A stretch of 51,793 nt of DNA from NCBI GenBank assembly GCA_963693365.1, contig CAVNZM010000003.1, positions 12,576,310 through 12,628,102 on the forward strand. Direction: 5' to 3'. Below, one piece after another: positions 10,280-19,444 of this stretch (positions are counted from its first letter, which is position 1; every line of letters begins with the position of its first letter). The notes under the pieces are model-generated. The model was not told where the DNA came from and searched no databases. It saw nothing but the letters and a program-made list of their open reading frames with translations. The DNA comes from Amoebidium appalachense (lineage: Eukaryota; Protista; Ichthyosporea). Both the position numbers and the translations under genes were made by a program.

Positions 10280-10406
10280 TCGCATCAATGGAGTGGGGAA
10301 GCTCACCCCAGTGGCTTCATTCCGTGACCTCCTCGAGATCATCTACCTACTCCCTGGGAAGCGCGCCCACGAGTTCCGCAAGACCTGTGCCACCTACATA
10401 GCACGT
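10280..10406 (+). pseudogene. Fragment of a viral DNA-binding (Bro-N/KilA-like) domain
   Basis: RINGVGKLTPVASFRDLLEIIYLLPGKRAHEFRKTCA resembles a domain I recall from giant-virus and EVE proteins; truncated on both sides. Confidence 0.45.
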
Positions 10407-10459
10407 AAGGGTAAAATTTTGTGGAATGCCATCCACAACTTTGCTTGTTTCGACCAATT

Positions 10460-10596
10460 GTCTGTGTGCTCGCTCGTGATGACTCCACGAGGATCGAGTA
10501 TGAAAAGTGGCAGCGCAGATATGGCAGGAATATGGTCTTACGCCCGTGTGCACTCTTTGGTGGACGGTCAAACTGGCCTTGTGCCGGTATGATTTG
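10460..10596 (-). pseudogene. C2H2 zinc-finger 3' fragment
   Basis: KSYRHKASLTVHQRVHTGVRPYSCHICAATFHTRSSWSHHERAH, with a TGxRP linker. The first finger lacks its cysteines because the 137-bp block abuts it. Confidence 0.7.
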
Positions 10597-10733
10597 CTGC
10601 TACAATGATCTTTGGCAACCTTGTTTTTCTTTGTCATATATATGGTCAATTTGATAGCTGTTCGATCTTGTGTCCAGAGCGGTGGTTGTAAAAGGCAACA
10701 ACAACAACCCACTGCAAGTGTCACAAAGGGCAC
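10597..10733. repeat. 137-bp dispersed duplication, copy 2
   Basis: Matches 6426-6562. Confidence 0.95.
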
Positions 10734-10760
10734 ACTTATTCTTGTTATCTGAAACTGCCA

Positions 10761-12761
10761 ATGTTGGGCAACTTCAAATATTTTCTATACCTTATAGTAT
10801 GCCCCACAATGGCACCAAGTACATATCTGGACTTCAATCCAGAAAGAAGTACGGGGTATCGGGATCCTCACTTCGGAGATGGGCAAACCAGGGACGCATC
10901 CGAATTGTTAGAACACCAGGCAATGTCCGCCTGTACAACACCTCGGACATTGACACGTTGCTCGGGTGTGAAACGGACACACGAACAGACAGAGTTGATG
11001 TTGCCTACGCACGGGTCTCATCCCACAAACAGCGCACGGACCTCGACCGGCAAGTTCAGTATCTGCGTGAACGGTGTCCCAATCACGAAATTGTCACTGA
11101 TGTCGGGAGTGGCGTCAACTTTAAGCGCAGAGGACTGCTGTCCATTTTGGAACAGGCAAGCAAGGGAAATGTCAGAGAGATTGTGGTTGCCCACAATGAC
11201 AGGCTGTGTCGACTCGCCGGTGACCTGCTGTGGTGGATTCTGGAAGCATATGGGGTCAAAATCGTGGTTCTCAATCACGCAGACGAGTCCAATACAGATG
11301 AACTCGCGGAAGACCTTATCGCCGTCACCACCCACTTTGTCTGTAAGCATCATGGACGTTGCAAGTACGGAAACAAGTGCAATGGAACAGAGGGAAGCGG
11401 AAAGGAACGTCAAAAGACTAAAGCGCATGGCATCGAAACACATGAAGAAAGAGCAGAAACTCTATTTGAAGGATCGTCTTAATGGACGGCCTCCGGAGCT
11501 TGACGATTATGTGGCCTGTGGAGTGAACGTTTTGGCTTTGCGGGAAAGGACCGAGCTTTTGGTCCGCACAAAACTCATCCGTGTGATCCCAACAAAGGAA
11601 CAAAAGCGATGGTTGGTCGAATGCTTCGGAGTGGCAAGGAAGATCTTCAATCAATGTGTAGGTCTTCACGACCTGAAGGGAAGCATGGACAAAACCGAAT
11701 ATCGCAAGCAATTTGTCAACAACAAAAGCATTCCAGACTGCGAAGAATACAAGAAGCGTGTGCCAAACCTTCTTCGTAACGGCGCGGTGGATGATTTTTT
11801 CGGGGCCGTGGGTTCGCAGAAGGCAAAGGCACGTTATGCTAAGAAGAGGGGTTTAAAGGCAACCAGTGTCTTTGTCCGGTATAGATCCAAAAAGGACGGA
11901 TATCAATCAATTCTAATACCCCGCGCACTCACCAAGTTCAATGGTACACACGCCATTTTTGCCCCAACGATGTGCCCCGAAGGTGGGCATTTGAAACTTG
12001 CGGAGCAAGTACAACCGGGTGAAATGGAAACAGATGGGCGGCTCTTGATGACCAGGGACGGGCATTTCTACCTATCAATTACATATCGGGTACCGGGGGG
12101 TGATAGCCAAACCCCTCTAACCGAACAACACGATAGGCGGATATGTGCACTTGATCCTGGTATTAGAACCTTCCAGACTGTCTATGACCCCTGTAACAAG
12201 GAGGTCACACACCTTTTTCCCGGGGACATCAAACGCATCAGTCGGCTGCTCAACCGTGAGGACCAGCTGAAAAGTCGTTTGACACAGACATCTGTTAAAC
12301 ACAAAAGTCGGTATCGGATGAGAAAGGCCCTGTTCCGAATGCGCCGAAGGGTTCAGAACCTTATTGCCGACGCACACTGGAAGGCCGCTGGATGGCTCAC
12401 CTCCAACTTCGACGTGGTAGTTATTCCTTGGTTTGACTCTGGGAGTATGTCACGTAGGGGCAAGAGGAAACTTCGCAGCAAGAGCGTCCGATGCATGATG
12501 GGTTGGCAGCATGCCAAGTTTCGACAACGGCTGGTGTGTAAAGCAGAGCAACGGGGAACTGCAGTGGTGTTTGTCAATGAATCCTACACCAGCAAAACGT
12601 GTGGGAGGTGTGGACAGATCAACCAGGGTCTTGGAGGTTCTAAGGTGTTCAAGTGTAAACATTGTGGGTTGGTCATTGACAGAGATGTCAATGGGGCTCG
12701 CAACATATTTATTCGCTCATGTACGCGGCCCGTGGGCAGCCACGGGCCTCTGCCGGTATAG
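10761..12761 (+). CDS. Fanzor2/TnpB-like RNA-guided endonuclease (true start uncertain)
   Basis: HTH 'IRVIPTKEQKRWL..CFGVARKIFN', RuvC-I ALDPGIRTF, Pro at the canonical RuvC-II position (VVIPWF) with relocated Glu (VNESYTSKTCGRCG), CKHC zinc finger, RuvC-III DRDVNGARNI. Confidence 0.92.
   Translation: MLGNFKYFLYLIVCPTMAPSTYLDFNPERSTGYRDPHFGDGQTRDASELLEHQAMSACTTPRTLTRCSGVKRTHEQTELMLPTHGSHPTNSARTSTGKFSICVNGVPITKLSLMSGVASTLSAEDCCPFWNRQAREMSERLWLPTMTGCVDSPVTCCGGFWKHMGSKSWFSITQTSPIQMNSRKTLSPSPPTLSVSIMDVASTETSAMEQREAERNVKRLKRMASKHMKKEQKLYLKDRLNGRPPELDDYVACGVNVLALRERTELLVRTKLIRVIPTKEQKRWLVECFGVARKIFNQCVGLHDLKGSMDKTEYRKQFVNNKSIPDCEEYKKRVPNLLRNGAVDDFFGAVGSQKAKARYAKKRGLKATSVFVRYRSKKDGYQSILIPRALTKFNGTHAIFAPTMCPEGGHLKLAEQVQPGEMETDGRLLMTRDGHFYLSITYRVPGGDSQTPLTEQHDRRICALDPGIRTFQTVYDPCNKEVTHLFPGDIKRISRLLNREDQLKSRLTQTSVKHKSRYRMRKALFRMRRRVQNLIADAHWKAAGWLTSNFDVVVIPWFDSGSMSRRGKRKLRSKSVRCMMGWQHAKFRQRLVCKAEQRGTAVVFVNESYTSKTCGRCGQINQGLGGSKVFKCKHCGLVIDRDVNGARNIFIRSCTRPVGSHGPLPV
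10799..11482 (+). CDS. tnpA: IS607-type serine recombinase (MerR-like HTH plus resolvase domain)
   Basis: N-terminal HTH 'YGVSGSSLRRWANQGRI..RTPGNVRLY', catalytic YARVSS, DVGSG, DRLCR, ELAEDL. Confidence 0.93.
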   Translation: MPHNGTKYISGLQSRKKYGVSGSSLRRWANQGRIRIVRTPGNVRLYNTSDIDTLLGCETDTRTDRVDVAYARVSSHKQRTDLDRQVQYLRERCPNHEIVTDVGSGVNFKRRGLLSILEQASKGNVREIVVAHNDRLCRLAGDLLWWILEAYGVKIVVLNHADESNTDELAEDLIAVTTHFVCKHHGRCKYGNKCNGTEGSGKERQKTKAHGIETHEERAETLFEGSS

Positions 12762-12865
12762 GCCAAGGTTCTTGTAATCTTGCATGACCATGCCACTAGC
12801 CTAGCTCCTTTCATGATGACCCGTGGTCATGTTGGCAAGTTTAGGAAAGGATGGTAGGTTCAACT
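12720..12865 (+). ncRNA. Predicted omega-RNA (fRNA) scaffold
   Basis: Perfect hairpin GGCCCGTGG-gcag-CCACGGGCC (12727-12748) and stem CATGACCA/TGGTCATG (12783-12790/12824-12831), lying between the end of the nuclease ORF and the element's right end, the established omega-RNA position. Confidence 0.6.
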
Positions 12866-13100
12866 GTATCTGCATCCCATATAATCACATCTGAAAGAGT
12901 TCCCGCCAGAATGCGATCTCTGATGCACACGATATGAACTTGGATGTATAAATTCCTTGCCACAATCGCTGCAAATAAAGGGTTTTTCTGACTTGTGTTT
13001 CCACATGTGTGTTGACAACGAAGCTGGGGTTGTATATGCAGCTGAACACTCCGGATAATCACATTTGAACATAGGGCGCCTGTGTGTTTTCGCAGATGGG
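12860..13100 (-). pseudogene. C2H2 zinc-finger gene interrupted by the IS607 element
   Basis: Fingers CDYPEC...HMWKH and CSDC...HQRSH, then CDYMGCRYS* with the stop created at the element's right junction. Confidence 0.75.
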
Positions 13101-13219
13101 TTTCCAAGTGAGCCTTCTGCCTGAAGTTCCGTCCACACTCCGGCCAGTTGCGCTTCCACCCACGAGAATCTGTTATCGTTGAGGTTAAGGCATAAAAAAG
13201 CCAACGTTTTCCTTTGCCC

Positions 13220-13542
13220 TGAGTAATTCAAGTTACTCTGAGCATAAAATTAATGGTTTTTTATTTGTTTCATGAGTAACAATATCTTACTCAGGGTACT
13301 CATTCTGAGTAACACAGACAAGTTTCCCCCACTAGATGTTACTCACCCAAATATGGTAAAGGTTTCCTTTTTAGGTATAAAAATATGCAATTGTCATATA
13401 GTGAGTAGGATGAGCCTGAGTAGGATGAGTACGTACTCATCTACTGTGGGCTACGGGTATACCTAAATCTCAATCCAAAAGGAAATTGGAACACCCGGGG
13501 GGAGACCAGATGAGTAGGTACTCAAGCTACTCATCCTACTCA
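13220..13542. repeat. Iteron-like cluster: 14 TGAGTA/TACTCA hexamers
   Basis: Seven TGAGTA and seven TACTCA in ~325 bp, interspersed with AT-rich stretches. Confidence 0.75.
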
Positions 13543-13552
13543 CCCCATCACT

Positions 13553-13855
13553 GCCTATAGGCATGCCCCGTGTGCAGGGCACTGATTTCTACCCTCTTCT
13601 GGTTGGTGCCAAGAGGCAGTGCCCTACACGTGTGGTGTCTAAACAGCCTATAGGCATGCTCTGTGTGCAGGGCACTGATTTCTACCCTCTTCTGGTTGGT
13701 GCCAAGAGGCAGTGCTCTACACGTGTGGTGTCTAAACAGCCTATAGGCATGCTCCGTGTGCAGGGCACTAATTTGTTGTGCCTTCCTTTTTTGGTTAGAT
13801 CTATACCCGGCCAATGGTTAGCAGCCACGGGTTTGTTTTCATCAAGCTTAGACGT
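13553..13855. repeat. Left arm of long inverted repeat (2.3 x 93-bp units plus ~85 bp unique)
   Basis: Units start at 13553, 13646 and 13739; the reverse complement matches 20855 onward. Confidence 0.92.
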
Positions 13856-13923
13856 TAATACATACTAAGTAACAGAATGAAATCACTCGCAAGTGTTATC
13901 CCTCATGATTGTATCAATCCGTT

Positions 13924-14268
13924 TCATGGAGTCTTAGCGGACTGGCCCAGCCGTATGAGACAGGCCCGTAGAAAGTCCTTTTGCTTCTTCAGCTTGTCGT
14001 TTTCCAGCTGCAGCTCTTGGTTCTCCACCACCAAATTCTTGTTCTCTTCGCACACCTTGTTGCGCTCCTCTTGCAGGCCCTTGATCACCTCCCGCTGGTT
14101 CTTGTTAATTGTGCGCAGCGCGTCGTTGTCCTTGTCCATGTCGTTGTTCAACTCCCTCAGCTGCTGGATCAGCCCGTGCAGCCCCTCGTTGGCCTCCTTC
14201 AGCATCTTGTTGGTCTCTTGCAGCTGCTTGGTGTGTGCATCTTGGCGCTGTGTATCTGTTTCATCCAT
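13924..14268 (-). CDS. Small coiled-coil protein
   Basis: 114-aa ATG ORF with heptad pattern (LQETNKMLKEAN...ENQELQLENDKLK). Confidence 0.55.
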   Translation of the reverse strand: MDETDTQRQDAHTKQLQETNKMLKEANEGLHGLIQQLRELNNDMDKDNDALRTINKNQREVIKGLQEERNKVCEENKNLVVENQELQLENDKLKKQKDFLRACLIRLGQSAKTP

Positions 14269-14315
14269 TGTGTCGTTTGCAGCCGGTTGGGCAGGAGGTG
14301 TTTAGTTTTTCTATC

Positions 14316-14999
14316 CACGAAGCAAAGCAGTGTGAACAAAAAAAAAAACGTCCCTCTTATTTTTACGAAGCAAAAGTGTGACCCAAAAAAACCGTCCCTC
14401 TTACACAGTGCAAAATAAAGCAAAATCCTATGATGCGCAAACACACCGTGAACTAAAAAAACTCGCCACTGATTATTTACACGAAGTAAAGCAGTGTGAA
14501 CAAAAAAAAGCGCTCCTTACACAATGCAAAATAAAGCAAAATCCTATGATGCGCAAACACACCGTGAACTAAAAAAACTCGCCACTGATTATTTACACGA
14601 AGTAAAGCAGTGTGAACAAAAAAAAGCGCTACTTACACAATGCAAAATAAAGCAAAATCCTATGATGCGCAAACACACCGTGAACTAAAAAAACTCGCCA
14701 CTGATTATTTACACGAAGTAAAGCAGTGTGAACAAAAAAATGCGCTCCTTACACAATGCAAAATAAAGCAAAATCCTATGATGCGCAAACACACCGTGAA
14801 CTAAAAAAACTCGCCACTGATTATTTACACGAAGTAAAGCAGTGTGAACAAAAAAAAGCGCTCCTTACACAATGCAAAATAAAGCAAAATCCTATGATGC
14901 GCAAACACACCGTGAACTAAAAAAACTCGCCACTGATTATTTACACGAAGTAAAGCAGTGTGAACAAAAAAAAGCGCTCCTTACACAATGCAAAATAAA
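14316..14999. repeat. 116-bp AT-rich tandem repeat (~5 copies plus degenerate start)
   Basis: gccactgatt recurs at 14465, 14581, 14697, 14813 and 14929. Confidence 0.95.
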
Positions 15000-15349
15000 A
15001 CATACACACACACACACCAAGCCATTTGTATCCAGCTCGGACCCCTTTTTGTGCGCACACTTCTGGTTGGTGTATAAGTATTGGATCCACGTGAGCGCGA
15101 GTTTCCTAAGTGCTGCTCAAAAAGTGACATGTTGTTCCCAGCAGGCAGTGCACCGATTCGCTATCAGTTGACATCGTGTTCAAGCAGTCAGCACCATGTG
15201 ATTGTGTACTTTTCCTGACCAATTTTTGTATCCCTGATAGACAGAATAATGCTCGTAATTGTTGGGAAGCATATTCGTGTTTTTTTAGGAGTTGCTACAT
15301 CAAAATACATTGTGTTCAAACACTGACGGCCAAGTTGCAAAGATCGGAT

Positions 15350-15600
15350 TACAATCCAATCTGTCAAATGACAATTCTCAAGTCAAAACATGCTCTTGTT
15401 GATCCAATCAGAATTCTTCAATCAGTCAGCAGATTTGGTTGAGCCCCAACTTATCGGATACACCAAGATGCCCAAATGACAATTAGCCAATCAGATATTC
15501 ACGCGATCTCTAGATCCAATCAAGCGTCGCGGCTGGGGTATATCCAACCAATCTAATGCAATAAAGCATCTGATGCCAAAGCCGGGCACGGCATATAAAA
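15350..15600 (+). promoter_or_regulatory. Pol II-style promoter: multiple CCAAT boxes plus TATATAAAA-like box
   Basis: Repeated ccaatc motifs and catataaaag at ~15592-15601, upstream of the ATG at 15686. Confidence 0.55.
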
Positions 15601-15685
15601 GCCCATACTCTCTTCAATCCACACACCTTTTCCATGTTAGCTAGCTTCTCCCTTGGCACACAGCGTACATCCAACTGTCACGAAA

Positions 15686-16436
15686 ATGAGTTCTAACATC
15701 AAAGATCTAGAAAGGCGCGCTAAAAAAATAGAGACAAGACTCAAGACTTTGGAGGAGGATGCAAAGGTCCTGCGGGACACCCAGACCCGTTTCGTGTGCG
15801 CCCTTGCTAGGCACGCCCGCATGGCTTTAAGCAAGCGCACCACTACAGCAGCAACCGTGGCACCCCCAGCGCTGACCGTGGCACCCCCAGCGCTGACCGT
15901 GGCACCCCCAGCGCTGACCGTGGCACCCCCTGTCCTGGCAGCGGCACCTGCACTTCGTGCTGGCGAGCATGGCAGCTCCTATCCCGTGGACTTGGCCCCC
16001 CTGCCCCTGCAGCGCTCACGTTTGCACATCACACAGGGGTCCAAGACACGGGAGAAACCACGAAGACAGCAGAAGAGGACACGAGAGGAAGTCAGAAGCT
16101 CTGGGTCGGAGGAGGAGCACCATTCTCCAGTGCCTCCTTGGTTCAACTGGAAGACCTTCACACAGGGGTCCAAGACACGGGAGAAACCACGAAGACAGCA
16201 GAAGAGGACACGACGGAGAGGAAGTCAAAAGCTCTGGGTCGGAGGTACAGGAGGAAGTGCCTCCTTGGTTCAAGACCTTGCTATGGGGACCTGAGGAGTA
16301 CTCGTCTTCTGAGGAGCACTCGTCTTCCGAGTCCAAGACCTTGACACGGGGACAGCAGAAAAGGGCACGAGCCAGTGAAGCCAGCAGCTCTGGGGCGTCT
16401 TCCGAGTCTTCAGACGGAGATATCAACTGGCCTTGA
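15686..16436 (+). CDS. Coiled-coil / low-complexity protein, probably frameshifted
   Basis: MSSNIKDLERRAKKIETRLKTLEE, VAPPALT repeats, and an internal ~130-bp duplication after which the frame shifts into the 15957-16436 ORF (Ser/Glu-rich tail). Confidence 0.5.
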
Positions 16437-16489
16437 CACGGTGAAAAAAGGGGCCGCTATTAGAGAGTAGCCTCAGGCTATTCTAGTGC

Positions 16490-19040
16490 TTGTGTGCAGG
16501 TGTACTTAACATTGAGTGTACTTAGGGTGGGGCTGTGCAGACGTGTACTTAAAGGGTGGGGCTGTGCAGACGTGTACTTAGGATGGTGCAGACGTGTACT
16601 TAAAGGGTGGGGCTGTGCAGACGTGTACTTAAAGGGTGGGGCTGTGCAGACGTGTACTTAGGATGGTGTAGAGGTACTTAGGGTGGTGCAGAGTGTACTT
16701 AGGGTGGTGCAGAGTGTACTTAGGGTGGGGCTGTGCAGAGTGTACTTAGGGTGGTGCAGACGTGTACTTAGGGTGGGGCTGTGCAGAGTGTACTTAGGGT
16801 GGTGCAGACGTGTACTTAGGGTGGTGCAGAGGTGTACTTAGGGTGGTGCAGACGTGTACTTAGGGTGGTGCAGAGGTGTACTTAGGGTGGTGCAGAGGTG
16901 TACTTAGGGTGGTGCAGACGTGTACTTAGGGTGGTGCAGAGGTGTACTTAGGGTGGTGCAGACGTGTACTTAGGGTGGTGCAGACGTGTACTTAGGGTGG
17001 TGCAGAGGTGTACTTAGGGTGGTGCAGACGTGTACTTAGGGTGGTGCAGAGGTGTACTTAGGGTGGTGCAGACGTGTACTTAGGGTGGTGCAGACGTGTA
17101 CTTAGGGTGGGGCTGTGCAGAGTGTACTTAGGGTGGTGCAGACGTGTACTTAGGGTGGTGCAGAGTGTACTTAGGGTGGGGCTGTGCAGAGTGTACTTAG
17201 GGTGGTGCAGAGTGTACTTAGGGTGGTGCAGAGGTGTACTTAGGGCTGTGCAGAGGTGTACTTAGGGTGGTGCAGAGTGTACTTAGGGTGGTGCAGAGGT
17301 GTACTTAGGGCTGTGCAGAGGTGTACTTAGGGTGGTGCAGAGGTGTACTTAGGGTGGTGCAGAGGTGTACTTAGGGCTGTGCAGAGGTGTACTTAGGGTG
17401 GTGCAGAGTGTACTTAGGGTGGTGCAGAGGTGTACTTAGGGCTGTGCAGAGTGTACTTAGGGTGGTGCAGAGGTGTACTTAGGGCTGTGCAGAGGTGTAC
17501 TTAGGGTGGTGCAGAGGTGTACTTAGGGTGGTGCAGAGGTGTACTTAGGGTGGTGCAGACGTGTACTTAGGGTGGTGCAGAGGTGTACTTAGGGTGGTGC
17601 AGACGTGTACTTAGGGTGGGGCTGTGCACCACAGTGTACTTAGGGTGGTGCAGACGTGTACTTAGGGTGGGGCTGTGCACCACAGTGTACTTAGGGTGGT
17701 GCAGACGTGTACTTACTAGTAGGGTGGGGCTGTGCACCACAGTGTACTTAGGGTGGTGCATGTTGGAAGTAGAGTCCGCTGTGACTAGGGTCGTCGTGGC
17801 GCGCTTGGGCGCTGACCCGTTTTTTTACTGCTTTCAGTGTGTTAACTCCATGACTGAACTCCATGACTGAACTCCATGACTGAACTCCATGACTGAACTC
17901 CATGACTGAACTCCATGACTGAACTCCATGACTGAACTCCATGTCTGAACTCCATGTCTGAACTCCATGTCTGAACTCCATTTCTGCACCTGGCAGAGCC
18001 GTGGTTTATATACCCGTGGGGCAGCAGTCTGGAATGTAATCCGGATGCCAGGCGCTAATCGGATTGGTTACTTTCATTTAGAGATCTCTGGGACCAGTGA
18101 ACCAATCGTTTGCAGTCAAAACACAATTGGCAACATTCCTCAACTATGCAGATGTGCATGTGGTGATCGAGTGTCAGCGTGTGTCTGTGTACACGGAACC
18201 AATTGTAAAGCTAACATACACATATTGTGGAGTGAGCGTAAGTCTGCACTCCAACACCCCTACCCAATTGGAGAAGTGTACACACCACTAGAGAAGAGAG
18301 AGTGAGTGTGGCTGCTTGCAGGGTAGACCGGGGTGTGCATTCCACTGTGGTGCGTGCCCCGCCAATGAAGTGGAATACTTGACGTTGATGTCGCAGGCTG
18401 CTGCGGATGGAGTTTGTGGAAGCGAAAGTCTCTAATGAAGTTAGAGGCCGCGGTGTCGTGTCTGGGCCCATAACCCTGTTGGAAGTAGAGTCCGCTGTGA
18501 CTAGGGTCGTCGTGGCGCGCTTGGGCGCTGACCCGTTTTTTACTGCTTTCAGTGTGTTAACTCCATGACTGAACTCCATGACTGAACTCCATGACTGAAC
18601 TCCATGACTGAACTCCATGACTGAACTCCATGACTGAACTCCATGACTGAACTCCATGTCTGAACTCCATGTCTGAACTCCATGTCTGAACTCCATTTCT
18701 GCACCTGGCAGAGCCGTGGTTTATATACCCGTGGGGCAGCAGTCTGGAATGTAATCCGGATGCCAGGCGCTAATCGGATTGGTTACTTTCATTTAGAGAT
18801 CTCTGGGACCAGTGAACCAATCGTTTGCAGTCAAAACACAATTGGCAACATTCCTCAACTATGCAGATGTGCATGTGGTGATCGAGTGTCAGCGTGTGTC
18901 TGTGTACACGGAACCAATTGTAAAGCTAACATACACATATTGTGGAGTGAGCGTAAGTCTGCACTCCAACAGTGCAGAGTGTACTTAGGGTGGGGCTGTG
19001 CACCACAGTGTACTTAGGGTGGTGCAGAGTGTACTTAGGT
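16490..19040 (+). repeat. TTAGGG-containing 21-27-bp minisatellite (GTGTACTTAGGGTGGTGCAGA[C/G]), split by a TRIM
   Basis: Roughly 55-60 variant units at 16490-17760, resuming at 18972-19040; G-rich on the plus strand. Confidence 0.95.
17761..18971 (-). mobile_element. Complete TRIM (non-autonomous Ty1/copia-type LTR element)
   Basis: Near-identical LTRs 17761-18256 and 18477-18971 with TGTTGGA...TCCAACA ends. 5-bp TSD GTGCA (17756-17760, 18972-18976). Minus-strand PBS GGTTATGGGCCCAG (~18462-18475) and PPT GGGTAGGGG (18257-18265). 220-bp non-coding interior. Confidence 0.93.
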
Positions 19041-19444
19041 GGGTGTCTTGTGGTGAAAGTAAAGTTTATGGCATACAGGCAGATGTGTGCTTTAAGCCTT
19101 AGGGAACTGTGGGCAGACATGTCAACACTTGGGCCTATGGGTAGACGTGTACACACTTAGTGTATTTGTTTGTGTCTCTCATGGTTATTTTATAGCATGA
19201 AGCACTGCAAAAAATGGTGTATGTTTCCGTGGTCCACGTACACAGAATCCTTTAATATGAACACAAGTGATTGTATAGAAAAAGAGTACGTACGTACATG
19301 ATAGTCTAGTCAGATTACAAAGAACAAATCAACTTGGACCGAGTATATTCAAAGACAAACTAAAAGAGAAAAGAAACAAATAAATCAAGACCGATCAATT
19401 CAAATACAAATCAAAAGAGAATGCCACTTAGTCGACCAATCAAA

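Larger units (their letters stand above)
10769..12865 (+). mobile_element. IS607-family element carrying Fanzor2/TnpB
   Basis: Serine recombinase plus RuvC nuclease ORFs. CAACT occurs at both 10769-10773 and 12861-12865, and removing the element restores the minus-strand frame CDYMGCRYS|CPTLAV. Confidence 0.85.

Noticed and set aside
10597-10770. HNH nuclease remnant (KCALCDTC...YQIDHI on the minus strand)
   Set aside because: The frame stops before any N/H motif; the resemblance is too short to call.
10769-12865. IStron (group I intron plus IS607)
   Set aside because: Only ~25 bp precede tnpA, no intron core is visible, and the insertion is antisense to the interrupted gene.
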